Shown here: in pieces, positions 1 to 10,658 of the stretch
Position numbering within the stretch: position 1 is the stretch's first letter
How the letters are laid out: each line of letters begins with the position of its first letter
Source of the DNA: Pseudomonadales bacterium
GTDB taxonomy: Bacteria > Patescibacteriota > Microgenomatia > UBA1400 > PJMF01
DNA length: 64,000 bases
Direction: 5' to 3'
NCBI GenBank assembly: GCA_020632265.1
Contig: JACKFW010000001.1
Coordinates: 791,272-855,271, forward strand
Notes under the pieces: model-generated
What the model saw: only the letters and a program-made list of their open reading frames with translations
What the model was told of the DNA's origin: nothing
Database searches by the model: none
Translations under genes and position numbers: made by a program

Positions 1-2574
1 AGAGGAGGTGAGTAGATAGCCAGAAGTACCAGCATTACCTGCAACTCTAATAGCATCTGTCAGATTTAGTTCACCGACTACATCGAGAGCGTAGCCAGGA
101 GCAGTGGAACCAATCCCCACATTTCCCCCAAAGTATGCTTTGCCATTACTCTGTAGCAAGATATCGGCACTAGCAGTACTGGTGCCACCAATGGCTAGAT
201 CAACCACGCTGGCTAATTCATTCTTTGGATGAAGGACATTGAGTGTATTTGCCCAGATATTGGAAACAGCTAGGGTTGCAGGATCTGTCCAGGTATTAGC
301 ACCACCAGCAGAGGAGGTGAGTAAATATCCACTTGTACCAGCACTACCAGCGACTCTAATAGCATCAGTTAAGTTCAGTTCACCAACTACATCGAGAGCG
401 TAGCCTGGGTTGCTAGATCCAATACCGATATTTCCATTCTCATCAACTACACTCAAAGCACTGCCGGCGCCATTTTGCCATTCTTGAATATTTGCTGTAC
501 CAGAGGGACCACCTTTGAGTACTAAACTTGTTCCATTGGCATATGTTGCAGAAAAAGTAGCACCTGGAGCAGAAAAATAACTGGTAGATAGTACTTCTCC
601 CAATCCATCGGGGCTAATAATTATGTCTCCATTTGAGCCAGAACTGGTTTTGAGTGTTAGCGTTTGAGCTTCGATTGAAAAAGTTCCCGATGTAGCTTTT
701 AAGGTTGGAGAGACTTCTCCAAGTAGTACTTGTCCTGCCGAATCCATAGTTAGAATTGTGTTGGTGGTTGCTGCCCCTGTTGCTGAAATAGGATATCCTT
801 GAACAGTTTCTGAATTTAGAGCGTAAGCTACTGTTTTGATACTTTGTCTTGGAGAAAGAGTTTCAACATCAACATCTACCTCAAGCCAAACATTTGAATT
901 TTCGGTAAAAACATCTTGAGAAATTTCTGATCCACAATCATCACCTAATCCAACATTAAAAATACCATCTTGATCGGGTGTCACGCTACAGGTTCCCGAA
1001 TTCCAGAGCTGTGTTCCACCTGTTCCTGGACCAGTGTCATACAATCTGAACGCCATGTCAGTGGCGATTGTAATTGGATTTTGAGCTGTATCTGTCAACC
1101 TTCCTTGAAATGAAAGCTCTCTATTAGGTCTTGTAGGAGAGGTAGGATATGCCAATGACCCAGGTGTTTGTTGAATAAATTGGACATATCCCAAATATCC
1201 AATTCCTAGAAAAAACAAAAAGATCATTGCTAGATTGAAGTATGGTAATAATGATTTATTTTTTTGGGAGTTTAATGATCGAGAAAATTCTTTCAAACTT
1301 TCTTTTAGCCTTGATTTATAAGTTCTTTTCTCATTTTCAGACGCCGTATTATTATCCTTAATAAATTTAGGCATCGGTAGCGACCATCTTTTTGATTTTT
1401 CTGATTTGTTATTAACTTCATTATTTTTTAGGATACGACGAATTAAATTTTTTGATTTTGATTTCGATTCAGTGTCAGTTGCTTGATCATTGTCCGGTTG
1501 GGAAGTATCTTCTTGAATCGGAATATCCATATTTTTCAATTTAAGTTCTATACTATGGGTCGAAGGCACTAATTTTTTATAAGACGAGCTTGATATTATA
1601 GGTTTTTGAGCCAAGACATGAAGCCAAAGCGTAGTGTTTTTAAGGTCACCTCTTTTTTCTGCCCACGATGAAAATTGCGACAAACTTACGATTTTTCTTT
1701 TTATGCTTGATTGTTTGAGTCCTTTAGTTTTTTGATAATTGATGAATTTATTAAGATTTTCTTGTGTAATTGCTGCTTCTAGACTTAAATTACCGATAAA
1801 TTCAATAAATTGAGCAATGTCACTTTTGTAATTTTTAATTGTTGAATCACTATGGCCATCAATTTCTAATCCAATTAAATAGTCCTCGAGATGCTCGTCG
1901 GCTTTTTTTGACACTTTGGGCATTTTACTTGTTTTTAAGTTTGATCTATTTTGGATATCATCTCCAATTTTCTGATTTCTCGCCTCACTGCCCGAAGGAT
2001 TTTCTTCTTTTTTATTTGATGTAAAAAGGCTATCAATATCTGTGATCCAGAAAGAAACATCTGAAATTAATTTTTGATCTTCGGCCCAAGTTGCAAATTG
2101 AGCAATGCTTATTAGTTTTCTCTTGACGGTACCAACCTTTAGTTTTTTTGCAAATTGGTCTTTCACAAACTTTTTAACTTCAACTTGAGTAAATAATTTA
2201 TTTATTTGAGATTCTTGAGATAGAGAAATAAACTGAGCAATGTCACTTCGATAATTTTTTATGGTTGATGAAGATCTGTCATCATTTTTTAGTGAATTAA
2301 GAAACTGATGTAGAAAAATGTCAACTTGATGTGGAGTGAAGTCTTCAATATATTTTTTAATCAAGATGGCAGTGTTAGAAGACAAATTTTCGGATTTAAT
2401 AAATTTTTCCAACTCATCAGTTGACCAAGAATCATAATTATTTTTTTGTTGTAAAAACTTAACAAATTTTATGGTAGTAGCTTCACTTAGTTTGGGGGAT
2501 ACGTTTAAACTTTCCAAATATGTGGAAAAAGTTTCAAGGATACTAGTAATATATTTTGCTTGGACAGTCATTAA
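1..2574 (-). CDS. Large surface/repeat protein, 5'-partial at the window edge. N-terminal cytoplasmic region carries two tandem copies of a tyrosine-recombinase N-terminal SAM-like (core-binding) domain. A predicted TM helix follows, then Gly/Thr/Ser-rich repeats (NPGYALDVVGELNLTDAIRVAG...GYLLTSS repeated).
   Basis: Manual reverse-strand translation from ATG at 2574 runs without stops to position 1. It is absent from the ORF track because it is open at the window edge. Motifs STIKNYRSDIAQFISL and STIKNYKSDIAQFIEF are each followed by KRK(L/I)xSxxQFxxWAE, which matches the XerC/XerD core-binding helix pattern. The hydrophobic segment LPYFNLAMIFLFFLGIGYLGY is a likely TM helix. An alternative internal start lies at 1374 (MPKFIKD...). 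Confidence 0.5.
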
Positions 2575-3148
2575 TTCTTTTTAGTATTTTCCAGATTTGT
2601 TAGACCTATTAGATAAACTAATATTAAGTTTAGATAACTTGAGGTGCAATATCAATACCTCAAGAATACTCGACTTAGTTGTCAATCCATAAATTTGTGC
2701 AATTGCGTTAAAAAAAAATGTAAATTAATTTAGTTTCACTAGTTTCATGAACATCAAAATAGATCATCATGTTGTAAATGATTCGTATTTTATGGGGTAT
2801 TTAAGATTTAGATACAATATATAAATGAAATAATTCTCATATGTAAATATGTATAAAAAGTTGATATTATGTGAAGTGAAAATTAAACAAATTTGTTAGT
2901 GACATAAATACCAGGTTAGTAAGCTTTGATATGACATTTATGTTGATAAATTTTAAGGATATTTGAGATTCGGGTGGATAATGTGGAAAAGTATTGTTTT
3001 AATGATATATTTGAAATATATTTATATTATTGCAAATAACTAGCCAAACAAAGTTTCGTGTAACAAATTGATCTATATATAGCAAATATCCAGTCTAAGG
3101 CAGGGTTACAAAAACAAAAAAACAAAAAATACTTATTAAAAAAAGACA

Positions 3149-3898
3149 ATGAAAAAAAATACCCAAAAAATACTCTTATCTCTATACTCACCATCTAATA
3201 CAACTAACCACAGGATTAAATTAAGAGGTATAGATTTAATTGTCCCCGATCTTACTGACGGAGGTAGACGTTCATTAATACATGTTTTAAAGACCAATGG
3301 TATGATCAATGTTGAAAGAGTTTTAGGAGTAACCTCTGTAAATATTACTCAATATGGAAACAAACAACTAGAGGTTGAATTTCCGGCTTTGTCTTCAAAA
3401 TGGGATCAGTGGCAAGGAAATTGGGATTGTTTGGCATTTGTTAAGGCTCCAAAGAGTGATAAACAGTTTAGGTATTTAAGGAAATTATTGGTCTCAGAAG
3501 GAGCAATTTCTATTAGTCGCGGAGTGTATATATCTCCCAATGGGTTTTCAAACAAAGTCGTTTCTGAATGTAATGAACTCTATCGGGAATCTATCTTAAT
3601 GTTTTCGGTAGGTGAGTGGAAAATTGCCTCACTGAGAAATTTAATTGTGGAGAAATATGGCTTATTGGACTTCGTAGAAACTTACTCTGGAATTAGCAAT
3701 GATGTAAATAGACTGCTAACAATGGTAAATAGTAAAAATTCATTGATAGAGAGTTATAAATTGGACATAAATTTGGCTTATGATCGCTTGAGAGATATGT
3801 TAAAGGAGGATCCGGGTTTTTGTCACTATTATTTTAATGAAATACCAAAGATCAAAAGCATTCTTAAAGATCTAAATTCAATAATTCTCCGATACTAA
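3149..3898 (+). CDS. Hypothetical protein (249 aa). It is an isolated ORF inside a very AT-rich ~2.1 kb non-coding island.
   Basis: It is the only long ORF between 2575 and 4744. No recognisable motif was found. It is preceded by an A-rich stretch and a possible RBS. Confidence 0.4.
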   Translation: MKKNTQKILLSLYSPSNTTNHRIKLRGIDLIVPDLTDGGRRSLIHVLKTNGMINVERVLGVTSVNITQYGNKQLEVEFPALSSKWDQWQGNWDCLAFVKAPKSDKQFRYLRKLLVSEGAISISRGVYISPNGFSNKVVSECNELYRESILMFSVGEWKIASLRNLIVEKYGLLDFVETYSGISNDVNRLLTMVNSKNSLIESYKLDINLAYDRLRDMLKEDPGFCHYYFNEIPKIKSILKDLNSIILRY

Positions 3899-4446
3899 AC
3901 CGAAGATGATAATTCTTCACTTGAGTAAATATTTATTTATAAATTCTGTTACGGCTTTTGTTAGTTATAAACATTTTATTTTAATCAATAAATAGACGGA
4001 TAGGTATCTATTTTCGGGTATAATTATTTTTAATAATTATGTGATTATTTTTATATATATTTATATACTTATATTCTAATTAGAGTTGTTGCGATAATAT
4101 AATACTTGAGGTTGCGGTAATAGTGCTTCAATTATGCGATAATTAAATATTGGTATAAAAAATAGACTATAATTATATGGATATTATCTAATTATACGAA
4201 ACTTTAACGAAAATATAGCCTGTATATTTTTGATAATATAACAATAAATATCAAACTATACTAAAGAATTTGTGGGCCGTTTTTATCTATTTTTTATTAT
4301 AATTATCGTCTATTTTATTACGCGAGCAATATATGGGACTTTATTATAAAAATATCAAAAAAGATCGATATATATCGTGATATTAATACATTACCAATAG
4401 AATTCTATTTATGTCTATGTTTGTCGCACCGTAACTCTATATTATT

Positions 4447-4547
4447 CCACCTTTATCCCGGCTCAGTCTCTACTTTGCCTGAATATCATGACTCTTCACA
4501 CCTGGTATTAGTCCCACCTTTATCCCGGCTTAGTCTCTACTTTGCCT
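4447..4547. repeat. Two direct copies of a ~34-bp sequence (CCACCTTTATCCCGGCT(C/T)AGTCTCTACTTTGCCT), spaced ~66 bp apart.
   Basis: Seen directly at 4447..4480 and 4514..4547. The copies are GC-richer than the surrounding AT-rich island. Confidence 0.6.
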
Positions 4548-4744
4548 TATCGCACGCTCTTCATTGCGATTATTTATCTTGTATACATCTGAAGTCAAGA
4601 GAGTAGCAATCAATATTTCTAATTGCTAACATATTTTTTTCAATATGATTATTGATTAATCAGTCAAATTAGCAGTTGTGTTGGGGTTTGTTATTTAATG
4701 ATGAATAAGTCCTAATTATTATCTGGTTCATTTTATTGTACTAT

Positions 4745-6886
4745 TTACTCTGTTTGAAACATTTCTTTATAAACCTCATTGATGTCTTTCATTATTGCAT
4801 TGACGCTAGCAGTTGTTCCCAAAACGTTGATTTCTTCGTAACTAAGTTGAGATCCCTTTCTCATCCAAATAAAGCCGTTTTTGGTGATCTGAATTTGATA
4901 TTTGTCAGGTTTCAAAAAGGTAGAATAGTAGCCTTTGCTATTTGTAAGAAGTAAAGCCACCAACTCGCCCTTTCTAGGGTTATTGATTCTGATAATGGCA
5001 TTTTCTACTGGCGATTCGTTGGTATTGAGCACATATCCCGAAATTGTCGGTTTTCTCAAAGCTTGAATAAACTTTTTGAATAGGACAACAATATATAAGC
5101 CTAATATTATAAGATTGATTATTGTTGGGTAGAAGATTGTTATGATTATTGAAATGATAAATAAAGGCCAGAAAAAATTCACAAACTTTATTTTTTGTAC
5201 CAATCTTCTAATGTTCGTTTTAGGTGAATAGCTAGTCTTTGTTTCAGTAATTTTGTCTACAGGGATTAAGAATAGCTGTTGGTCTGAGTCAGACCTAACT
5301 TGGAAAGTTTCTCCACGATAAAACTCTTCTATTGTTAAATAATTAGGTCTTTCTTTTTTAGTTGGAAAAATGTAATCTTGATGGCTAATATTAATCACAT
5401 ATTCTCCCTTTGGAAGCTGAGCTCCTTGATATATGCCATCTATGTCAGTTACAAGAGTAGCAACAATTTGTCCTTTGAGAGTTTCGCTAGTTGATTTGAT
5501 AGTAATTAAGGCAAATGACACTGGCTTATTGGAATCCGAATCATAAACAAGTCCTTGTGGTTCTTTTGGGGGAATTATTCCTAAAGCTCTGAGGATATTC
5601 AGGACTAAATGCCAAGAAAATTGTTGACCGAGTTGAAAAAGAAGGGTCAGAAAGCTAAATGCGGGAATGGCAGCTGTTGTTATTAGCACGCCTATTGGAG
5701 AAATTTCTTGAGAAATTTTAACAAAAAATGCTTGAAATGTTTCTGGTGTTTGAGTTATGGTTTGGACGATAGGCTTTGGAATAACTTTTTCAACTTCTTT
5801 AATGATTTTTATTGCAATTTCTTCGGGAGGAAGGATGGGAATTTTTATGATTGGTGTTGTTGTGGCTGGTGGCGTGGGTATGGGTGGTGTAGGCAGAGGA
5901 GTATATCCTGGCAAAGGTGTTGTTGTGGCCGGTGGTGTAGGAGTAGGCGTTGGTGTAGGAATAGGCGTGGGCGTTGGTGGAATAATAATATACTCTTGAA
6001 TAATTAATATTCGAAGCTCATTCAAAATGCTAATATTATTTGCTAGATCTGTGATCAAGAAATTAAGAGTTATTACTTTATCTCTAGGAAGAATTCCTAG
6101 TTGAAAATTCCAATTTCCATTTTCATCAATTGTAAAGTTAATAATTTGATTGCTTTCATCGGGAATGACAACCGTTACCTGAACAGCGGAGTAGGCTTCA
6201 CCGGTTCCAATAAATTCGGGCGAATTGTTTTCTAATTCTATTGGATTGGCAGGAACCGAACTGATGTCTTGCGCCGATATATTGGTTGAAATTGGACCAA
6301 TTGATGTAATAGTAAAGCTTGGAGCTAGTGTATCAATTATAAAGTCCCAGGTAACAGAAGTATTATTGTTTAGCGCAGCATCAAACACGACAATTCTCCA
6401 AGTATGAGGTCCATTACTAATCACGGCAGTCGGCGTGAGAGAGTATCTGCCAGATCCAGAGTCATAAACTAGATCATAGAATGTGTTTGAAGTGTTGACT
6501 GTCGGAATGTTATCAAAAAGTATTGAGCCATCAAGATACATTTGGTAGTATGCAACTCCAACATTGTCTGTTGATTGTTGCCAAACAAAGGTGGGAGTAC
6601 CATCATTTAGAAGACTTTCATCTTCTGGAGAGATCAAAATAGGAGCTGAAGGTGGAATATTATCTGGAACTGTTGCTGTAACGATGGGATTTCTAATTTT
6701 AGGATTTGTTAGAAGATCTTCCCCTGGACTAATTCCACCAACTTGAGCAAAGGCTATATTTGTTACAAAACTTACAATGAACAAGTTTAGCAAAATGATA
6801 ATAATCTTAGAATAAGAAACTTTAGTTTTGTTTGAAAAAATCAAATTTCTATGCTTGCGGAGTGTCATTTTGATCACTCTCTTCAT
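4745..6886 (-). CDS. Secreted/membrane-anchored protein (713 aa). It has an N-terminal signal/TM, a Pro-Thr-rich linker (PTPTPIPTPTPTPTPP...), a C-terminal TM cluster and a carboxypeptidase-regulatory-like tail.
   Basis: Long ORF. The hydrophobic N-terminus (IIIILLNLFIVSFVTNIAFA) and the PT-repeat low-complexity region are seen in the translation. Confidence 0.6.
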   Translation of the reverse strand: MKRVIKMTLRKHRNLIFSNKTKVSYSKIIIILLNLFIVSFVTNIAFAQVGGISPGEDLLTNPKIRNPIVTATVPDNIPPSAPILISPEDESLLNDGTPTFVWQQSTDNVGVAYYQMYLDGSILFDNIPTVNTSNTFYDLVYDSGSGRYSLTPTAVISNGPHTWRIVVFDAALNNNTSVTWDFIIDTLAPSFTITSIGPISTNISAQDISSVPANPIELENNSPEFIGTGEAYSAVQVTVVIPDESNQIINFTIDENGNWNFQLGILPRDKVITLNFLITDLANNISILNELRILIIQEYIIIPPTPTPIPTPTPTPTPPATTTPLPGYTPLPTPPIPTPPATTTPIIKIPILPPEEIAIKIIKEVEKVIPKPIVQTITQTPETFQAFFVKISQEISPIGVLITTAAIPAFSFLTLLFQLGQQFSWHLVLNILRALGIIPPKEPQGLVYDSDSNKPVSFALITIKSTSETLKGQIVATLVTDIDGIYQGAQLPKGEYVINISHQDYIFPTKKERPNYLTIEEFYRGETFQVRSDSDQQLFLIPVDKITETKTSYSPKTNIRRLVQKIKFVNFFWPLFIISIIITIFYPTIINLIILGLYIVVLFKKFIQALRKPTISGYVLNTNESPVENAIIRINNPRKGELVALLLTNSKGYYSTFLKPDKYQIQITKNGFIWMRKGSQLSYEEINVLGTTASVNAIMKDINEVYKEMFQTE

Positions 6887-8012
6887 GGCTCATGTTTTGA
6901 ATTTGAGATTCTAACTCTTGAATTCTTTTAGCATCAACATCTTTTCGATGTTTAAGGTGTCTTTTGATTGAAATAACTAAGATAATAATTGTTAGTAAGA
7001 TAAAGATGACTGCAATCAAAAGCTTGACTGGCAATAACCAGAACATAGAGTTAGCAACCACTACAGCTCCAGCGGTTCCAAAACTCATGGTTAGTTTTGC
7101 TTTATAGAGTCCAGTTCCCCAGATCTTTTCCCAGCGTCCTTCAAAGTCTCTACTTGAGATTGGAAAGACATTTTTTGAGTCAACTTGAATAGTGTCAATT
7201 TTTTTATTAAAGATGTTAAAAATTTCCACATTCATTCTTGGTGCAATGTGAATATCAGAGTTATTCTCGATAGTGAATGAAAATGGAACCGGACCATATT
7301 CGGTAAATTTTGGGAAAGTAAAGTTTCTTACATAAGCTTCTTCGTTTATTGGTCCGTCAACGATAACATACAAAAGAGTGCCAACTTTTTGGTTAATGGC
7401 CGATTGAGAATTTCCTGCAACCGTAAAATCACCACTTTTATTTGCTGGCTGATGTAAAACCATTGCATAATGTCCTCCTGGAAGAGCGTCTTCTGGGATT
7501 TCAATTAATAGATTGAGTCCAATTGTTTCATTTGGTGCAATTGAGTTTTCCGCAGGAGTGATGGTGAGCCACGAAGCTAAGCTCCATCTATTTGAAGTTG
7601 AATCATCAATAGCGATAGGTGTTTTACCGTCTTCACTAATAATAAAATCTTGAGCTGATGACAAAACATTGATTCTTTGCTCTGACTGATTTCTGACTCT
7701 TAGTTGAACCTGAAGCTTTTCGCCGGGAAGAGCTTTTAAGCTATTGTCTTCTCCTAAACGAGGAGGAATTGCTGTTAGAGTAACTTGAGAGGGATCAGAA
7801 AATTCAATGCTTTTGGTTTCAGTTAGGTTGGTAACTTCGGGCACATTGGTTTCTTCAAAAATACTTTCGCCTTCATTCGATAATTCTGGTTCAGTATTTT
7901 CAGTTTGAGCAAAAACAAGAGATTTAGTGAGAATCAAGGTGGAAAAAAACAAACCGCCAGCAATTAAACTAAATGCAAATTTTCTAGATGTGAGTTTTTG
8001 GGCAGTTTTCAT
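6849..8012 (-). CDS. Cell-surface protein with an N-terminal signal peptide and a C-terminal TM anchor (387 aa). Its architecture resembles DUF916-like surface proteins.
   Basis: N-terminal hydrophobic leader. The C-terminal LLPVKLLIAVIFILLTIIILVISIKRHLKHRK is a TM segment followed by a basic tail. The gene overlaps the upstream gene by 38 bp, which suggests an operon. Confidence 0.5.
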   Translation of the reverse strand: MKTAQKLTSRKFAFSLIAGGLFFSTLILTKSLVFAQTENTEPELSNEGESIFEETNVPEVTNLTETKSIEFSDPSQVTLTAIPPRLGEDNSLKALPGEKLQVQLRVRNQSEQRINVLSSAQDFIISEDGKTPIAIDDSTSNRWSLASWLTITPAENSIAPNETIGLNLLIEIPEDALPGGHYAMVLHQPANKSGDFTVAGNSQSAINQKVGTLLYVIVDGPINEEAYVRNFTFPKFTEYGPVPFSFTIENNSDIHIAPRMNVEIFNIFNKKIDTIQVDSKNVFPISSRDFEGRWEKIWGTGLYKAKLTMSFGTAGAVVVANSMFWLLPVKLLIAVIFILLTIIILVISIKRHLKHRKDVDAKRIQELESQIQNMSHEESDQNDTPQA

Positions 8013-8064
8013 ATTTATTTTTTAATTCTATATATATTCTTTATAACTCAAATTTTATTCCTTT

Positions 8065-9528
8065 TTAGAACGTAGCAGTTGCAGTGTAAGTGATATTATT
8101 TTCATAATCTCCTGCGCTTTGTACTGCATCAATTATTGCTCTGTAGCAGACATAAAGATTATGGTTATTTGCGACTGATGAAGAACTAAATACGGTTTGA
8201 GCTGATTGCCCATCTTCAAGATCTGCAAACTGTCTTGCGCAGTAAACTCCTGAACAACCACCGGCTGTTGAAGTATATTCGAAAGGAGCAGTAAGACCTG
8301 AAGTATTAACGTCATCTAGGGTAAAACCAAAGCCTTTTACAGCTGTGGACACCCATTCGTCTGGGACTGCATGAGTCATTGTGGTGGTATCTCCAACGGA
8401 GTCAGGAATACAATCTGAACCTGTGTTATCTCCGAGACAAACACCAGCATTTCTCCCCATTTGATCATTTTCAATAGCGGTCACTACATAGCCATTTGCT
8501 GCATTGGTTGAAACTGATAAAGCTTGAGCCGCATCAGTGAATGCTGAGATTGCCAAGTTTCCAAGTGGAACTCCAGCAGCTGTTGTGGTTACATCAGTTG
8601 TTTGACCACAAGCTGATATGCCACTTGCAACTCCATTGATCTGAAAAGTAATTTGTGGAGAAACAGTAGCGGTGACTCTAACGGTTTCGATAACTCCGAT
8701 GGAAACTGTTGTGGCGTCTCTCGTTGTGAATGTATTGTCTAAGTGTTGAACCACTATCTTGTAGCTATCTGCCAAACCAGTGGTGTGACCAGACTTTGGA
8801 GCAGGGTTAATGATACTATCAATTGTGATCGCATCGTTGGTGGTACCATCGAATGCCGTCCCAATTGCTCCAGCGCCAGAGTATGCACATTCGTATGAAT
8901 TGTAATCTTGAGAGCCAATTGTGACTGCTGATGCGGTTGCGACACCGGAAACAAAATCGTATCCTGCAATGTCTGATGGACAGGTAACAGTTGGAGCAAC
9001 ATTGCCAAAATCAAATTGACCCGCGTCTGGAATGCCGTCAGCTGCGTCTGCATTGTTTGACTCAGAAGGAACTAATATTCTAAATGCTCCATTGGCAACT
9101 GCGTTGGTGGTAGTAAATCTAATGGTGTGTGTAGCTGATTGGGTAGAAATAACATCGTCGTTAGTATCAGCATCTCCAGCTAGTAAAACTGGAGTAATGT
9201 TAACTACGGATGCAGAATCAATACTAGTTATTGTATAAGATGCCAAACTTGATGTATCTCCAATTGCTAAAACATCTCCGGTAACCAGTTGAGCAGAAGA
9301 AGTGGATGGGTTGGATCCGACAGTTGAATTAATAGTAATTTGTGAAGAACCAACACTGTTTCCTGTTGTAAGTTTGCCTCTAAAGGAAAGCCTGGAGTTA
9401 GATAAAGTTGCGGAAACACTAGTCATGTTTGCCGATTGGCTTTGTTGATAAAAACCTCCAAAAAACATTGCTGAAACAAGAAAAATTGTTACTGCTACTT
9501 TTTGTGGAGTGTTGTTTTTTTGTTTCAT
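8065..9528 (-). CDS. Secreted Thr/Ser/Ala/Gly-rich surface protein (487 aa).
   Basis: It has a signal peptide (VAVTIFLVSAMFFGGF). It is low-complexity, T/S/A-rich and cysteine-containing. Its G+C is locally higher than that of its neighbours. Confidence 0.55.
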   Translation of the reverse strand: MKQKNNTPQKVAVTIFLVSAMFFGGFYQQSQSANMTSVSATLSNSRLSFRGKLTTGNSVGSSQITINSTVGSNPSTSSAQLVTGDVLAIGDTSSLASYTITSIDSASVVNITPVLLAGDADTNDDVISTQSATHTIRFTTTNAVANGAFRILVPSESNNADAADGIPDAGQFDFGNVAPTVTCPSDIAGYDFVSGVATASAVTIGSQDYNSYECAYSGAGAIGTAFDGTTNDAITIDSIINPAPKSGHTTGLADSYKIVVQHLDNTFTTRDATTVSIGVIETVRVTATVSPQITFQINGVASGISACGQTTDVTTTAAGVPLGNLAISAFTDAAQALSVSTNAANGYVVTAIENDQMGRNAGVCLGDNTGSDCIPDSVGDTTTMTHAVPDEWVSTAVKGFGFTLDDVNTSGLTAPFEYTSTAGGCSGVYCARQFADLEDGQSAQTVFSSSSVANNHNLYVCYRAIIDAVQSAGDYENNITYTATATF

Positions 9529-9607
9529 AGTATAACAAAGAATAAATAACGATTTTCTTGTCTGGATATCAGTTTATACATTTTTTAATTTAGTTGCAAT
9601 ATGCAAT

Positions 9608-10561
9608 TTATGTAATTCTTGCCCTGGACTTAACTTTTTTTAAGTAAATTGCGCTAATTACAAAGCCTAGGCCAATAATTATTATTGCAGAGAAAGGAAA
9701 AGCATAAACTACTTCAATGTAATTTGTTGTTCCTTCTTGATCATTACGTAGCGTAACGACAATTTGATATGGTCCAAATAAAAACTTAGGTTTGTATGAA
9801 AACGTTCCTGTTTCTGGTTTATCATTTGTAATTCCTGGTCTGAGAGCTCTTAATTCTCTGGTACTATATCCAAGTACTACATCTGGGTAAATTTCATATT
9901 CAGTAAGTGTGTTTTTTCTCCAATCCAAAATTTTTGCACTTCCTGAAGCAGAATAAGAAGCAATGCTTTCATTTTTGACCAAAGGTAAAAAATCAATCTT
10001 TCCAAAACTATCCACAAATTTTGATGTGTTTAGATCTAAAATACTTAAAACTTGGTTTAATTTAGTTTTATTGGAGATTAAGACAACGAGATTGCTTCCA
10101 ATTGCCCCGCTTATCTGTGAATTTGTGGACTGTGTTGTTGTGACACTATTATTTTCTTTGGAAAAAAATAAAATTGTAACCGGATATTCTTTTTCTTTTG
10201 CATCTTTTGGAGCATCTATATATAGCGTTAACTGAGCTTTTTTATTGGCCGGGATTGATAATTCCTTGATTTCAGTTTTTCCAAAGGATATATAGGGGAG
10301 GCTGAGTTCGTTAGAAATTATTGCTCTGCCAGTTTTACCATCAGTAGTAAAATCAACAATTGAAGGTAGAACAGTGATTGTGTTTTCACCACTATTTTCA
10401 AGCACTATGGTGTGGGTCCGAGAAGAACCGGGAGGAACTTGCAAATATGATATTGGTGGCGAAACACTTAAATTTAGACTTGCTTGGGCGTCAACTTTTT
10501 TGATATTGTTCAAAAATATTAAAAAAAAGATCATTATTGAGAATAGTATTTTTTTATTCAT
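9608..10561 (-). CDS. Surface protein with an N-terminal signal peptide and a C-terminal TM anchor (317 aa).
   Basis: N-terminal LFSIMIFFLIFLNN. C-terminal IIIIGLGFVISAIYLKKVKSRARIT. Confidence 0.5.
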   Translation of the reverse strand: MNKKILFSIMIFFLIFLNNIKKVDAQASLNLSVSPPISYLQVPPGSSRTHTIVLENSGENTITVLPSIVDFTTDGKTGRAIISNELSLPYISFGKTEIKELSIPANKKAQLTLYIDAPKDAKEKEYPVTILFFSKENNSVTTTQSTNSQISGAIGSNLVVLISNKTKLNQVLSILDLNTSKFVDSFGKIDFLPLVKNESIASYSASGSAKILDWRKNTLTEYEIYPDVVLGYSTRELRALRPGITNDKPETGTFSYKPKFLFGPYQIVVTLRNDQEGTTNYIEVVYAFPFSAIIIIGLGFVISAIYLKKVKSRARIT

Positions 10562-10658
10562 ATTTTTTTGTATTTAATTTAACTTATTGCAATTGTTATT
10601 TCAGTATTATTTACCACATTTTATTACTTAACAGTTTTTAAAATGTTGTTAGTCTTGT

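Noticed and set aside
5708-6007. Plus-strand ORFs (99 aa and 80 aa) rich in W/C/R/G.
   Set aside because: They lie antisense to the Pro-Thr repeat region of the 713-aa surface protein. This is a low-complexity antisense artefact.
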